Positions 9,870 through 20,985 of a stretch of DNA of 64,000 nucleotides are shown here, piece after piece (positions within the stretch are counted from its first letter, which is position 1; every line of letters begins with the position of its first letter). The stretch lies in contig CAWJKZ010000013.1 in assembly GCA_963843575.1 (NCBI GenBank), forward strand, positions 608,001 to 672,000, read 5' to 3'. The notes below the pieces were generated by a model. The model worked only from the letters and a program-made list of their open reading frames with translations. It was not told the DNA's origin and did not search any database. Both the position numbers and the translations under genes were made by a program. This DNA comes from an uncultured Acidobacteriota bacterium. GTDB taxonomy: Bacteria > Acidobacteriota > UBA6911.

Positions 9870-11237
9870 ATGACGACACGATTGAACCGAAGAAGCTTTA
9901 TCCGCAGCACGGCGGCCGGAGCCGCCACGGCCGCCGCCGTGGCGAGCGCGGCATCCTATGGCCGGATTCTCGGCGCCAACGACAGGATCAACATCGGGTT
10001 TCTCGGTTGCGGCGGCCGCGGATCGGGCCACCGCCGCATGGTCGGGATGTCGGCCACGGACAAGAACCTCGGCGTCGTGGCCGTGTGCGACCTGTGGTCG
10101 GTCAACCGCGCCAAGGCGGCCGCCGACTGCAAGAAGACGGTTCAACGCGGATGTCAAGCAGTTCAAGTATTCGGAAGAGATGCTGAGGCTGCCGGAGCTG
10201 GACGCGGTCATGATCGCGACCGGCGACCACCAGCACGGCCGGCTCCTCGCCGAGGTCGTCGCCGCGGGCAAGGACTGCTATGTCGAAAAGCCGATGGCCA
10301 TCGACGTCGATGAGGCCAAACTCGCCCGGTCCGCGGTCCTGCAGTCCAAACAGGTCGTGCAGAACGGCGTTCAGTGGCTGAGCGACCCTTACCAGATCAA
10401 GGTGCGCGAACTGATCCGGGCGGGAAAGCTGGGACACATCACCAAGATCGAACAGGTCTGGGGCGACAACAACCACCGCTGGCACGACCCCAAGGACCCG
10501 GACGTGGCCGCGATACGCGAGGAGGACACCGACTGGACGCGCTGGCTGCTGGGAAAACCCTACCGGCCGTTCAACCCGTGGATGTATTTCGAATTCCGAA
10601 TCTTCCGCGATTTCTCCGGCGGCATCACCAGCCAGTGGCTGAGCCACGGCATCGACCTCGTTCACTTCTACACCGACACGTCGATCCCGGATTCCATGGT
10701 GGCCAGCGGCGGCATCTTCCACTGGCACGACATCCGGCAAAACCCGGACACCTTCCAGGCGCTGGCGGTCTACGAGGATCCGCAGTTCCTGTACTCCTAC
10801 TCGTCGACCTACGCGAACCGCTTCGGCGACTACACCTGCATCCGGGGGAGCGAAGCCACGCTCTATGCCGAGGGGGGCGAAGGGAGCCCGAGGTGGTTCC
10901 TGATCCCTGAGCAGAACAACCAGTCCGTGGACGTGTACGGCGGCTTCGAGAGCCTGGTCCGCAAAGGGCGCGCACAGCTCGTCAAGCTCGACGAGGCGGA
11001 CGAAAAGCTGCCGCCGACGTCGCTGAGCGACGACAGCAAGTTCCACCTCGACAACTGGATCGACTGCATGAGGGCGCGCAACGCCGACACCACGGCAACG
11101 TCCACCGCGGCTTCTGGCATGCCGTCGGGGCGGCGATGGCCACCCAGGCCTACAGGCAGGGGAGGACGCTCTACTGGGACCGCCAGAACGAGCGGATCGT
11201 CGACCACCCGCAGGGTGCGGCGGCCCAAAGCATTTGA
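9870..11237 (+). CDS. Tat-exported Gfo/Idh/MocA family oxidoreductase (frameshifts ~10140, ~11095)
   Basis: Tat motif NRRSFI; GANDRINIGFLGCGGRG, DAVMIATGDHQH, YVEKPM, FRDFSGG...HGID. C-terminus ...AYRQGRTLYWD ends TGA at 11237 in the shifted frame. Confidence 0.85.
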
Positions 11238-11274
11238 CAAGCGCCGCCCCCTCTCTGCAATGTACGTCCTGCAG

Positions 11275-12039
11275 ATGGGACATCACATCATCGAGATCCG
11301 GGGGTTGAAGAAGTCCTTTCAGGGCCACGCCGTGCTGCGCGGGATCCAGTTGGCGGTCGAAGGCAGCCAGCTGACCGTGTTGATCGGCCCGTCGGGATGC
11401 GGCAAGTCGACGCTCCTGCGCTGTTTGAACGGCCTCGAGGATTTCGACGAAGGGAGCATCTCGGTCAACGGCCTGGCCCTGCGGCGCGAGCCGGGGCTGG
11501 CACTCCACAGCCGCGAGCAGCACCGGGTGACACACGCGCTGCGGGGCATGACGGGGATGGTCTTCCAGTCCTTCAACCTGTTTCCCCACATGACCGCACT
11601 GGACAACGTCGCGCGACCCCCCGCCATCGTGCGCGGCGTTTCCGTCTCCGAGGCGCGGGACGAGGCTTTCCGCCTGCTCGAGAAGGTCGGCCTGAAGGAC
11701 AAGGCGGCGCTGTACCCGGCCCAGCTTTCGGGGGGACAGCAGCAGCGCGCGGCGATAGCCCGCGCCCTGGCCATGAAGCCGAAGGTGCTGCTGTACGACG
11801 AGCCCACCTCGGCGCTCGACCCCGGCCTGGTCGACGAGGTGCTCGAGGTCATGAAGGAGCTCGACGGCGAGGGGATTACGCAGTTGGTGGTCACTCACGA
11901 GATGCGCTTCGCCCGCGACGTCGCGGAGAGGATCGTCTTCATGTCGGAGGGGGAGGTCGTTGAAGAGGGCGAACCCGGGCAGATGTTCACCGAGCCGCGC
12001 GACCCGCGCACACGCCAGTTCCTGCGCCGCTACCTGTGA
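11275..12039 (+). CDS. Polar amino-acid ABC transporter ATP-binding protein (GlnQ/ArtP type)
   Basis: [43 protein letters not shown]. Confidence 0.92.
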   Translation: MGHHIIEIRGLKKSFQGHAVLRGIQLAVEGSQLTVLIGPSGCGKSTLLRCLNGLEDFDEGSISVNGLALRREPGLALHSREQHRVTHALRGMTGMVFQSFNLFPHMTALDNVARPPAIVRGVSVSEARDEAFRLLEKVGLKDKAALYPAQLSGGQQQRAAIARALAMKPKVLLYDEPTSALDPGLVDEVLEVMKELDGEGITQLVVTHEMRFARDVAERIVFMSEGEVVEEGEPGQMFTEPRDPRTRQFLRRYL

Positions 12040-13619
12040 CGCGCGAGGGCGGGCGCCCGCGCGCAGGCCGTGGGCCGGGGGCGGTACTCGCATTCCTGCT
12101 GCTGTTCGGGCTGGGCTGCGACGCGGTCGCACGCGGTCAGGCAGACCCGGGGCGGCGAGCTGAGATGGGGAGGCGACGCCGAAGGGGGCGCCCCCTACGA
12201 ATTCCAGGACCCGGAGCATCCGGAAAGGATGATCGGCTTCGAGGTCGACATCGTGGAAGCCATCGGCCGGTCCCTGGCGCGGCCCGACGCGCTTCGTCCA
12301 GAACCAGTGGGACGGCCTGGTGCCCGGCCTGCAGCGCGGCAATTACGACCTCGTGGTCTCGGGCCTGGAGATCACGCCGGACCGCGCGCAGGTCATCAGC
12401 TTCAGCCGCCCCTATTACACTCACCTTCGAGCAGCTCGCCGTGCGCTCGGACGACGCCGCGATCCGCTCCCTGGACGACTGCCGCGGCAAGAGGTGGGGA
12501 CCCTGAAGGGAAGCCTGGCCCAGCGGATCCTGGAGGCGCGCGGCTCCCTGGACTGTGTCAGCTACGACGGCCAGGTCAACGCGTACGAGGATCTGGCCAA
12601 CGGCCGCCTCGACGCCGTGTTGATGGATCACATCATCGCGCTGTACAACGTCGTCCCGGCCCCGGGCCTGAAGATGGTCGGGCCTGCCGGTGGGGCGGCT
12701 CGAATACGGGATCGGGGTGCGCAAGGACGACCCGGAGCTGCTGGCGGACATCAACCGGGCGCTCGGCCGGATCATCGCTTCCGGAGAGCTGCGGCGCATC
12801 CTGGACAACTGGAACCTGTGGACGCCCGTCTGCGCCGACGCCTTTGCCGACCGCAGCCCGTCGGCGGCGCGGCCCGACGCCTACCATGCCTACCTCGCCG
12901 GCAGGACCCAGCACCGCACGGCGCGGGAGCGCGCAATGCAGTACCTCCGGTACCTCCCGCTGCTCGGACGCGGCGCCCTCGTCACACTGGAGCTCTCGAT
13001 CCTCGCCATGATCCTGGCGGTCTCGCTCGGCCTCTTCCTGGCCCTGATCCGGCTCTACGGACCCCGCCTGGCCCGATTCGCCGCCGGGGCGTACGTGGAG
13101 TCGGTGCGCGGCACGCCGCTGCTGATCCAGCTGTTCCTGATCTTCTACGGCCTGCCGCACGTCGGCATCCGGTTCTCACCCATGCTCGCCGCCGTTCTCG
13201 GCCTCGGCCTCAATTACAGCGCCTACGAGGCCGAGAACTACCGCGCCGGGATCGAGTCGATCCCGCGCACCCAGATGGAGGCGGCCCTCGCCCTCGGGAT
13301 GACGCGCTGGCAGGCGCTCCGCCACGTGATCGTCCCGCAGGCTATGCGGCTCGTGATCCCGCCGGTGACCAACGATTTCATCGCCCTGCTCAAGGACTCG
13401 TCCCTCGTATCGGTCATCACGATGGTCGAGCTGACCAAGGCTTACAGCCAGCTGGCCAGCATCCATTACGACTACCTGGGCATCGGGCTGCTCGCGGCGG
13501 CCATGTACTTCCTCATCGGCCTCCCCTTCGTGCGGCTGGCGCGGCTGGCGGAGCGCCGTTTCAGCCCGGAGCACCGCGCGGGGACCGTCGGCGCCAAACA
13601 GCGCCAGGCCGCCGCGTGA
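12036..13619 (+). CDS. Fused polar amino-acid ABC substrate-binding + permease protein (several frameshifts 12145-12690)
   Basis: [42 protein letters not shown]; permease [24 protein letters not shown] (EAA loop), LLKDSSL. Confidence 0.85.
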
Positions 13620-13737
13620 ACAGACCTGCTTTGACGTCCCACCTCTCCAGGGTCTCGATTTTGCGCAGGCTCCGGGCCGGCCCGGCTTGCCCGGGGAAAC
13701 CGCGTTGTACTACCATGGGTCAAACCGGGGAAATCCG

Positions 13738-15415
13738 ATGATCGAACCATTCCCGCACCACGGAATCCAGGCGCCGCGCGGCACCCGGCTGCACTGCAAA
13801 GGATGGCACCAGGAAGCCGCCCTCCGCATGCTGATGAACAACCTCGACCCCGACGTGGCCGAACGGCCCGACGAGTTGATCATCTACGGCGGCAGCGGAA
13901 AGGCCGCGCGCAACTGGGAGTGCTACGACGCCATCGTGCGGTCGCTCCTGGAGCTGGAAAACGACGAGACCCTGCTGGTCCAGTCGGGCAAACCCGTGGG
14001 CGTGTTCCGCACGCACGAGTATTCGCCGCGCGTCCTGATCGCCAACTCCAACCTCGTCGGGAACTGGTCCAACTGGGACGAGTTCAGGAGGCTCGAGGCG
14101 CTCGGCCTGATGATGTACGGGCAGATGACGGCGGGGAGCTGGATCTACATCGGCAGCCAGGGAATCATCCAGGGGACGTACGAGACCTTCTCCGCCCTGG
14201 CGCGCCGGCACTTCGGCGGCGACCTGCGCGGCCGGATCCTGGTCTCGGGCGGACTCGGCGGCATGGGCGGTGCGCAGCCCCTGGCGGCGACCATGGCCGG
14301 CGCGGCTTTCCTCGGAATCGAGGTGGATCCGCAGAGGATCGAAAAGCGCCTCAGGACCGGATACTGCGATCGGATGTCGCACGACCTCGACGAGGCGCTC
14401 GCGATGGTCGAGGAGGCGGCGCGCCGGCGCGAGGCGCTTTCCGTCGGGCTCGTCGGCAACTGCGCCGAGGTGCTCCCGGAATTGGTGCGCCGGGGCTTCA
14501 CACCGGACGTCCTGACCGACCAGACCAGCGCCCACGACCCGCTCAACGGGTACATCCCGGCCGGACTGTCGCTGGCCGACGCGGCCGCACTGCGCGGAGG
14601 AGATCCAGCGGAATACCAGCGCCGGAGCATGGACTCGATCGCCGCCCACGTCCGGGCGATGCTCGAGATGCAGGCCCGCGGGGCGGTGACCTTCGACTAC
14701 GGCAACAACATCCGCGGCCAGGCGCTCAAGGCCGGCGTGTCGAACGCCCTCGACTTCCCCGGTTTCGTCCCCGCGTACATCCGGCCGCTGTTCTGCGAGG
14801 GGCGCGGCCCGTTCCGCTGGGCGGCGCTCTCGGGCGACCCGGCCGACATCGCCATCACCGACGACCTGGTGCTCGAAATGTTTCCGCACGACGAGACGCT
14901 GTCCCGCTGGATCCGGCTGGCACGCGAACGGATCCGGTTCCAGGGGCTGCCCGCGCGCATCTGCTGGCTCGGCTACGGCGAGCGGGCCGCATTCGGACTG
15001 CGGATCAACGAGCTGGTCCGGCGCGGCGAGACTCAAGGCCCCGATCGTCATGGGCCGCGACCACCTGGACTGCGGCTCCGTCGCCTCGCCCTACCGCGAG
15101 ACCGAGAACATGAAAGACACCTCCGACGCCGTGGCGGACTGGCCCATCCTCAACGCCCTGCTCAACACCGCGGGCGGAGCCTCGTGGGTGTCGTTCCACA
15201 ACGGCGGGGGGGTCGGGATCGGCTATTCGCTGCACGCCGGGCAGGTCACGGTCGCGGACGGCACCACCGGGATGGACGCGCGGATCGAGCGGGTGCTGAC
15301 CAACGACCCCGGCATCGGCGTCGCACGCCACGCCGATGCCGGCTACGAGGAAGCCGTCGCCTGCGCCAAACGGAAGGGGATCCGCATCCCTGCGCTGCTG
15401 CCCGATGCCGGATGA
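13738..15415 (+). CDS. hutU: Urocanate hydratase (frameshift ~15032)
   Basis: [72 protein letters not shown]. Confidence 0.95.
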
Positions 15416-15461
15416 ACCGTGCCGTTTTTCGGTTCCTCGCCCGGTGGCGGCGCGCCGCCGC

Positions 15462-15764
15462 TTACTGGACGGTGGTGGCGTCGGAGGGTCTGCCCGACTG
15501 CTTGTCGCGCTGCGCCTGCAGGGCCTGAATCAGCCCGTCGACGATCTGGTTGGGTATGACGAGGACGACCTTGACCGGCGCGGGGAGCGTGGAGGTCTTC
15601 TGCATGCGCAGCGCCTCCTCCTCGCTCTGCGGCCCGATGACGTCGCAGAACGTCAGCGTGCAGTCGACCGGCGAGACGCTGACCTGGACGTAGTTGGCGT
15701 AAACCCTAGGTGACGTCAGACTGTGGTCCGCCACAATCTGCACCGGTCTCTCTTCTGCGGCCAT
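15462..15764 (-). CDS. Small DUF3467-like protein
   Basis: [20 protein letters not shown]...VKVVLVIP...GLIQAL pattern; GAGGAG RBS upstream of ATG 15764. Confidence 0.65.
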   Translation of the reverse strand: MAAEERPVQIVADHSLTSPRVYANYVQVSVSPVDCTLTFCDVIGPQSEEEALRMQKTSTLPAPVKVVLVIPNQIVDGLIQALQAQRDKQSGRPSDATTVQ

Positions 15765-15819
15765 CGAATTCTCCTCTGTTCTGAAGTGCGGCGTCCCGCG
15801 GCCCGTCGCCCTGGTGGCG

Positions 15820-16170
15820 TCATCCCGGAGGCCAGCGCATGAGGCGGCCGCCGAGGACATGGACGTGGAGATGAAAGACGCTCTGGCCGGCCTCCGCGTT
15901 CGTGTTGATCACGGTGCGGTACCCGGAACCGTCGATCCCGTTTTCGCGCGCGAGGCGGGCCGCGACCGCGAGCAGGTGCCCGAACAGCGGCTCGTCGTCC
16001 GGCGTGACTTCGTTCAGCGAGGCGATGTGCCGGCGGGGGATCACCAGGAGGTGCACCGGCGCCTTGGGATGGATGTCCTGGAATGCGACGCACCGGTCGT
16101 CTTCGTACACGACCTTCCCGGGCCGTTCACGGCCGGCAATCTGGCAGAACAGGCAACCGGACAGCGCCAT
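15820..16170 (-). CDS. hinT: Histidine triad nucleotide-binding protein (HinT/PKCI type)
   Basis: [39 protein letters not shown]...WPPG. Confidence 0.92.
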   Translation of the reverse strand: MALSGCLFCQIAGRERPGKVVYEDDRCVAFQDIHPKAPVHLLVIPRRHIASLNEVTPDDEPLFGHLLAVAARLARENGIDGSGYRTVINTNAEAGQSVFHLHVHVLGGRLMRWPPG

Positions 16171-16192
16171 CGTCCCCTCCGGGTTTCACTGC

Positions 16193-17447
16193 CTACTGCA
16201 GCCGCTCGATCTCGGCGCCGAGCGCCGCCAGTTTTTCCTCGATGCGGTAGTAGCCGCGGTCCAGATGGTACACCCGATCGATGAGGGTCTCGCCCGTGGC
16301 TACGAGCCCGGCAAGCACGAGCGAGGCACTGGCCCTCAGGTCGGAGGCCAGGACCGAGGCGCCGGTGAGAGGGTGGCCGCCGCGCACCACGGCGCGCCTG
16401 CCGTCGATGGTGATGTCGGCGCCCATTCGGATCATCTCCTGCGCGTGCATGAATCGGTTCTCGAAGATGTTCTCGGTGATGACGGCTGTGCCGTTGCCCT
16501 GCGTCATGAGCGCCATGTATTGGGCCTGCATGTCGGTCGGGAATCCGGGGTAGGGGTGCGTGATGATGTCCCGCGACTGGATCGGATCGCGGCCGAGGAC
16601 GCGCATGCAGTCGTGATCGATCTGGATTTCGGCGCCGGTCCTGGACAGCTGCGTGAGCACCGAGATCAGGTGGTCCGGCCGGCAACGGGTGATGGAGACG
16701 TCCCCGCGGGTGGCGGCAGCGGCGACGGCGAAGGTCCCGGCTTCGATGCGATCGGGGATCACGCGGTGCCGGCAGCCGTGCAGTTCCTTGACCCCGCGCA
16801 CCCTGACGGTGCGGGTGCCGTCCCCTTCGATGCTGGCGCCCATGTCGCGCAGCAGGTCGGCGAGGTCCTGCACCTCGGGCTCCGAGGCGGCGTTGTCCAG
16901 CACGGTCTCGCCGTCGGCCAGACAGGCCGCCATCATCAGGTTTTCCGTCCCGGTGACCGTGACGTTTTCCATGAGGATGTGGGCCCCCTTCAGGCCGTCG
17001 GTCGTGGCTTCGATGTAGCCGTGCACGACGTTGCACTTCGCCCCCATCTTCTCCAGGCCGGCCAGGTGAAGGTTGACGGGGCGCGCCCCGATGGCGCAGC
17101 CCCCGGGGAGCGAGACGCGGGCCTGACCGAAGCGTGCCAGCAGCGGACCGAGCACCAGGATCGAGGCACGCATCGTCTTGACCAGCTCGTAGGGCGCTTC
17201 GCACGACGACACCCGGCCCCCGTGCAGCGAGGCCGTCCCGTCCTCCCGCACCTCGGCAGCCACTCCCATCTCCGCCAGGAGCCGTCCGTGTCGTCAGGAT
17301 GTCCCGGACGTACGGGATGTTGTCCAGCTCGAGGGTGCCGGCCGTGAGGAGCGACGCCACGAGGTCCGGCAGGGCGGCGTTCTTGGCGCCGCTGATCGCC
17401 ACCGTGCCCGAAAGGGCCTTACCGCCGACCACCCGTATCTTGTCCAT
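16193..17447 (-). CDS. murA: UDP-N-acetylglucosamine 1-carboxyvinyltransferase (frameshift ~17280)
   Basis: [61 protein letters not shown]. Confidence 0.95.
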
Positions 17448-18327
17448 GTTGTCTCCGTGCGACAATGCATCGCGGAATGGCCTGCAGATCGTTCACGACC
17501 TCCTCGACCGAGAACGCCGCACCTTGCAGCAACCGGGAAACGGCCCCGAGCATCCCGGCCCCGATTTCGAGCACCAGACTCCCGCCGGGCTTCAGCCGAG
17601 GCGCCGCCTGGGGGACAAGCCGCTCGTAGACCTCCAGGCCCGTCTCCCCGCCGAACAGGGCGACGTGCGGCTCCTGGTCGCGCACCATCCTCGGCAGGTT
17701 TTCCGCGTCGCGCCGCGCAACATACGGCGGGTTGCTGAGCACGAGGTCGAACACCGGCCGGGTCGGAAAGCTCTCCAGGAGATCCGCGCGCGCGAAGGCC
17801 ACGCGCTCGGCCACGCCGTGCCGCGCGGCGTTTCGGCGCGCGAAGGCCAGCGCAGCGGACGAGATGTCGACGGCCCAGCCGCGTGCGGCCGGCAACGCGT
17901 GCGCGACACAGACCGCGATGCAGCCCGAACCCGTCCCCACGTCCGCGAAAACGACCGGGCCGGGAGCCACACTATGGGCCAGTTGCGTTGCTTTTTCTAC
18001 CAGGATTTCCGTCTCGGGGCGGGGGATCAGCACGGCCGGGCCGACCTCGAAAGCGAGGCCGTAGAATTCCTGGCTGCCGGTGAGGTGTTGCAGGGGGACA
18101 CAACCGCAGCAGTGCCCCACGAGCTCGGCGACCGCATCCGCCGTCCGCGCGTCCACGGGGACCTCGCCGTGGCTCAGGACCCGCACGCGGTCCCAGCCCA
18201 GCACGTGCGCGACCAGGAGTTCCGCCGTCAGCCGGGGCGACTCGACCCCCGCCTCGCGCAAGGCGTGCACCGCGCGCTTCAGCACGGACCCGACCGTGGA
18301 CGGGACTTGCGGTGGCTGGATGGCCAT
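17419..18327 (-). CDS. prmC: Release factor glutamine methyltransferase
   Basis: [32 protein letters not shown]; directly downstream of prfA. Confidence 0.95.
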   Translation of the reverse strand: MAIQPPQVPSTVGSVLKRAVHALREAGVESPRLTAELLVAHVLGWDRVRVLSHGEVPVDARTADAVAELVGHCCGCVPLQHLTGSQEFYGLAFEVGPAVLIPRPETEILVEKATQLAHSVAPGPVVFADVGTGSGCIAVCVAHALPAARGWAVDISSAALAFARRNAARHGVAERVAFARADLLESFPTRPVFDLVLSNPPYVARRDAENLPRMVRDQEPHVALFGGETGLEVYERLVPQAAPRLKPGGSLVLEIGAGMLGAVSRLLQGAAFSVEEVVNDLQAIPRCIVARRQHGQDTGGRR

Positions 18328-18349
18328 GTCCGTCCCGTGCCTCGTCCCG

Positions 18350-19456
18350 TCAGGAAACCGCCGGGATACCGGCGGCGGGGGCGGAAGATGTGAAGCTCTG
18401 TTTGAGTTTCTCGGCCTGAAAGTGGGTTCCCAAGGCCTCGAGGATGCCCCCGATGTCCCCGTCGATGACTTGGCCGAGGTTGTACAGAGTCAACCCGATG
18501 CGGTGGTCGGTCAAGCGGTTCTGGGGGAAATTGTAGGTCCGGATCTTTTCGCTGCGGTCCCCGGAACCAACCTGGTTGCGACGGTTCTCGGCGATCGAAT
18601 TCTGCTGCTCCTGCAAGGCGATGTCGTACAGCCGCGAGCGGAGCACGCGCATGGCCTTCGCGCGGTTCTTGATCTGCGACTTTTCGTCCTGGCACGAGAC
18701 CACCAGTCCCGTGGGCAGGTGCGTGATGCGTACGGCGGAATAGGTGGTGTTGACGGACTGGCCGCCCGGACCCGAGGAACAGAAGGTGTCGATGCGGATG
18801 TCCTTGGGATCCACCACCACTTCGACCTCGTCCGCCTCCGGCAACACCGCCACCGTGACCGCCGAGGTGTGGACGCGCCCGCTCGCCTCGGTTTCCGGCA
18901 CCCGCTGCACCCGGTGCACGCCGCTCTCGTACTTGAGCTTCGAGTAGACGCGCTCGCCCTCGACCATGGCGATGATTTCCTTGTAGCCGCCCACCTCGGA
19001 GCCGTGCTCCTCCATGATCTCGACCTTCCAGCCGTAACCCTCGGCGAAGCGCGAGTACATCCGGAAGAGTTCCGCCGCGAAAAGCGTCGCCTCGTTCCCG
19101 CCGGTGCCGGCGCGGATCTCGAGGAGCACGTTCTTCTCGTCGTTCGGGTCTTTCGGCATGAGCAGCAGCTGGAGTTCCTTCTGACAGATTTCCGCCCGGC
19201 CCTGAAGGACGGCCAGTTCCTCCTCGGCGAGCTGCCGCATCTCCGGATCGGTCTCGCTCTCCAGGAGCCCCCGGGTCTGCTCGATCCCGCCGAGGATATC
19301 CTTGTACTCCCGAAACTTGTCGACGATGCCGCTCAGTTCCGCGTGAGCCTTGGCCTGCTTCTGGTAGGTGGCGGCGTGCGTCAGGACCGCAGGGTCCGCA
19401 AGGGAGCGGTTCAGCTCTTCGAATCTCTGTTCAAGCGCGTTCAGTTTGTCAATCAT
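18350..19456 (-). CDS. prfA: Peptide chain release factor 1
   Basis: [21 protein letters not shown] (PxT), [19 protein letters not shown]. Confidence 0.97.
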   Translation of the reverse strand: MIDKLNALEQRFEELNRSLADPAVLTHAATYQKQAKAHAELSGIVDKFREYKDILGGIEQTRGLLESETDPEMRQLAEEELAVLQGRAEICQKELQLLLMPKDPNDEKNVLLEIRAGTGGNEATLFAAELFRMYSRFAEGYGWKVEIMEEHGSEVGGYKEIIAMVEGERVYSKLKYESGVHRVQRVPETEASGRVHTSAVTVAVLPEADEVEVVVDPKDIRIDTFCSSGPGGQSVNTTYSAVRITHLPTGLVVSCQDEKSQIKNRAKAMRVLRSRLYDIALQEQQNSIAENRRNQVGSGDRSEKIRTYNFPQNRLTDHRIGLTLYNLGQVIDGDIGGILEALGTHFQAEKLKQSFTSSAPAAGIPAVS

Positions 19457-19520
19457 GCGATCGGTCCGGCTGGAGAAGGTGGAGAGGTTTGTGCGATGAA
19501 GGTGGTTGCGGGAAGACCCG

Positions 19521-20483
19521 CTAAGCCGCAGCCTGCGCCTCGCGGCTCTTCGCGAGGTCGAGTTCGAGCGCTTCCTTGAGCGCCAGGATGGCGACTTCCA
19601 GCTGGTCGTCCGACGGCTCCTTGGTGGTGATGCGCTGAAGCGCAAGGCCGGGGGCGACGATAGCCTTGAAGATACCCCGCCGGCACCGGGGCGCCGACAG
19701 CCGGATGAGTTCGTACGAGATCCCCGAGATCACCGGGATCAGCACCAGCCTCGAGAGGAAGATCACGAGGAACGACTGGAACTTGAAGAGGGAGAACACG
19801 ACGATGCTGACCACCATGACGAAGAGCAGGAAACTGGTGCCGCAGCGCGGGTGCAGCGTCGAATGCCGCCGGGCGTTGTCGACCGTCAGCTCCTCGCCCG
19901 CCTCCCACGTGTAGACGACCTTGTGCTCCGCACCGTGGTACTGGAACACGCGCCTGATGTCCTTCATCAGGCTGATTGCGAGGATGTAGGCCAGGAAGAA
20001 GACCACGCGGATGAGGCCGTCCACCAGGTTGAAGACAACCCAGTTATGGACCGCGTAAAAGTAGCCTTTCAACCAGGTCGTGATCCAGAGCGGCGCGAGG
20101 ATGAACAGGAGCACCGCCACCGCCCCGGCCGAGACCATCGAGAACAGGACGGGCCAGAACTCCCCACCCTTTTTCCGGGCGGTCTGGACCTTCTCCGGTT
20201 CAGCATCCTGCATGGCCGCGGTGAAGGAGTAGTTCAGGGTACGAATCCCCAGGGCCAGGGACTGGACCAGCACGGCAAAACCGCGGACCACGGGCCACGA
20301 CAACGGCTTCCAGAACTCGGAAAGCCGACGCACCGGTTCTTTCTTGACTGCCAGGCTCCCGTCAGCGCGACGCACCGCCACCGCATAGGCGTGCGGCGTG
20401 CGCATCATGACCCCTTCGATGACGGCCTGACCGCCGACCAGGATGTCTTCGGGGGAGGAGGACTTCGCTTCGGTTCGCGGCAT
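19521..20483 (-). CDS. DUF1385 family membrane protein
   Basis: [38 protein letters not shown]; typical rpmE-DUF1385-prfA context. Confidence 0.9.
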   Translation of the reverse strand: MPRTEAKSSSPEDILVGGQAVIEGVMMRTPHAYAVAVRRADGSLAVKKEPVRRLSEFWKPLSWPVVRGFAVLVQSLALGIRTLNYSFTAAMQDAEPEKVQTARKKGGEFWPVLFSMVSAGAVAVLLFILAPLWITTWLKGYFYAVHNWVVFNLVDGLIRVVFFLAYILAISLMKDIRRVFQYHGAEHKVVYTWEAGEELTVDNARRHSTLHPRCGTSFLLFVMVVSIVVFSLFKFQSFLVIFLSRLVLIPVISGISYELIRLSAPRCRRGIFKAIVAPGLALQRITTKEPSDDQLEVAILALKEALELDLAKSREAQAAA

Positions 20484-20491
20484 TGGGACCC

Positions 20492-20713
20492 TCAAGCGCC
20501 GGGCGCTTTGCCTGGCTCCAGCTTGTACTTCCTCTGGAACTTCTCGATGCGTCCCGCCGTGTCGATCAGCTTCTGCTTGCCCGTGAAGAACGGGTGACAG
20601 GCCGAGCAGATGTCCATGCGGATTTCCGCCTTGGTCGAACGGGTCTCGAACCTGTTGCCGCAGGCGCAGCTTACCATCACGTTGTGGTACTTCGGGTGAA
20701 TTCCCTCTTTCAT
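20492..20713 (-). CDS. rpmE: 50S ribosomal protein L31 (Zn-binding type)
   Basis: [32 protein letters not shown]. Confidence 0.96.
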   Translation of the reverse strand: MKEGIHPKYHNVMVSCACGNRFETRSTKAEIRMDICSACHPFFTGKQKLIDTAGRIEKFQRKYKLEPGKAPGA

Positions 20714-20826
20714 TGTCAACCTCTGTGATACGGGGCTCGGCCCGCAAAGTTAAATGGTTAGTTTACCTCAACGCTTCCCCGGAACCAAGGTCTAAGAAGA
20801 ACGCACACCCCGTGGGTGGGGCTTCA

Positions 20827-20956
20827 GAGGCTGTCCAACGGTGATTGTGAAGTGCGGCGGCTCAACGCCGCCAAAGGCCGAGGTCGCAGGGGTCGCATCT
20901 CGCAATTCGGCGTGGCGCCGAGGCGCCGCACTTCACAATCACCGTTGGACAGCCTC
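20827..20956. mobile_element. 130-bp MITE-like element with 33-bp perfect TIRs and 4-bp TTCA target duplication
   Basis: GAGGCTGTCCAACGGTGATTGTGAAGTGCGGCG (20827-20859) has an exact reverse complement at 20924-20956. TTCA flanks both sides (20823-26, 20957-60). No coding capacity. Confidence 0.85.
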
Positions 20957-20985
20957 TTCAGCCCGGACGCACGGGTTCTTTGAAT

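Noticed and set aside
9958-12039. Apparent Gfo/Idh/MocA-ABC ATPase fusion (693 aa)
   Set aside because: A frameshift near 11095 moves the true oxidoreductase C-terminus (stop 11237) to another frame; these are two separate genes.
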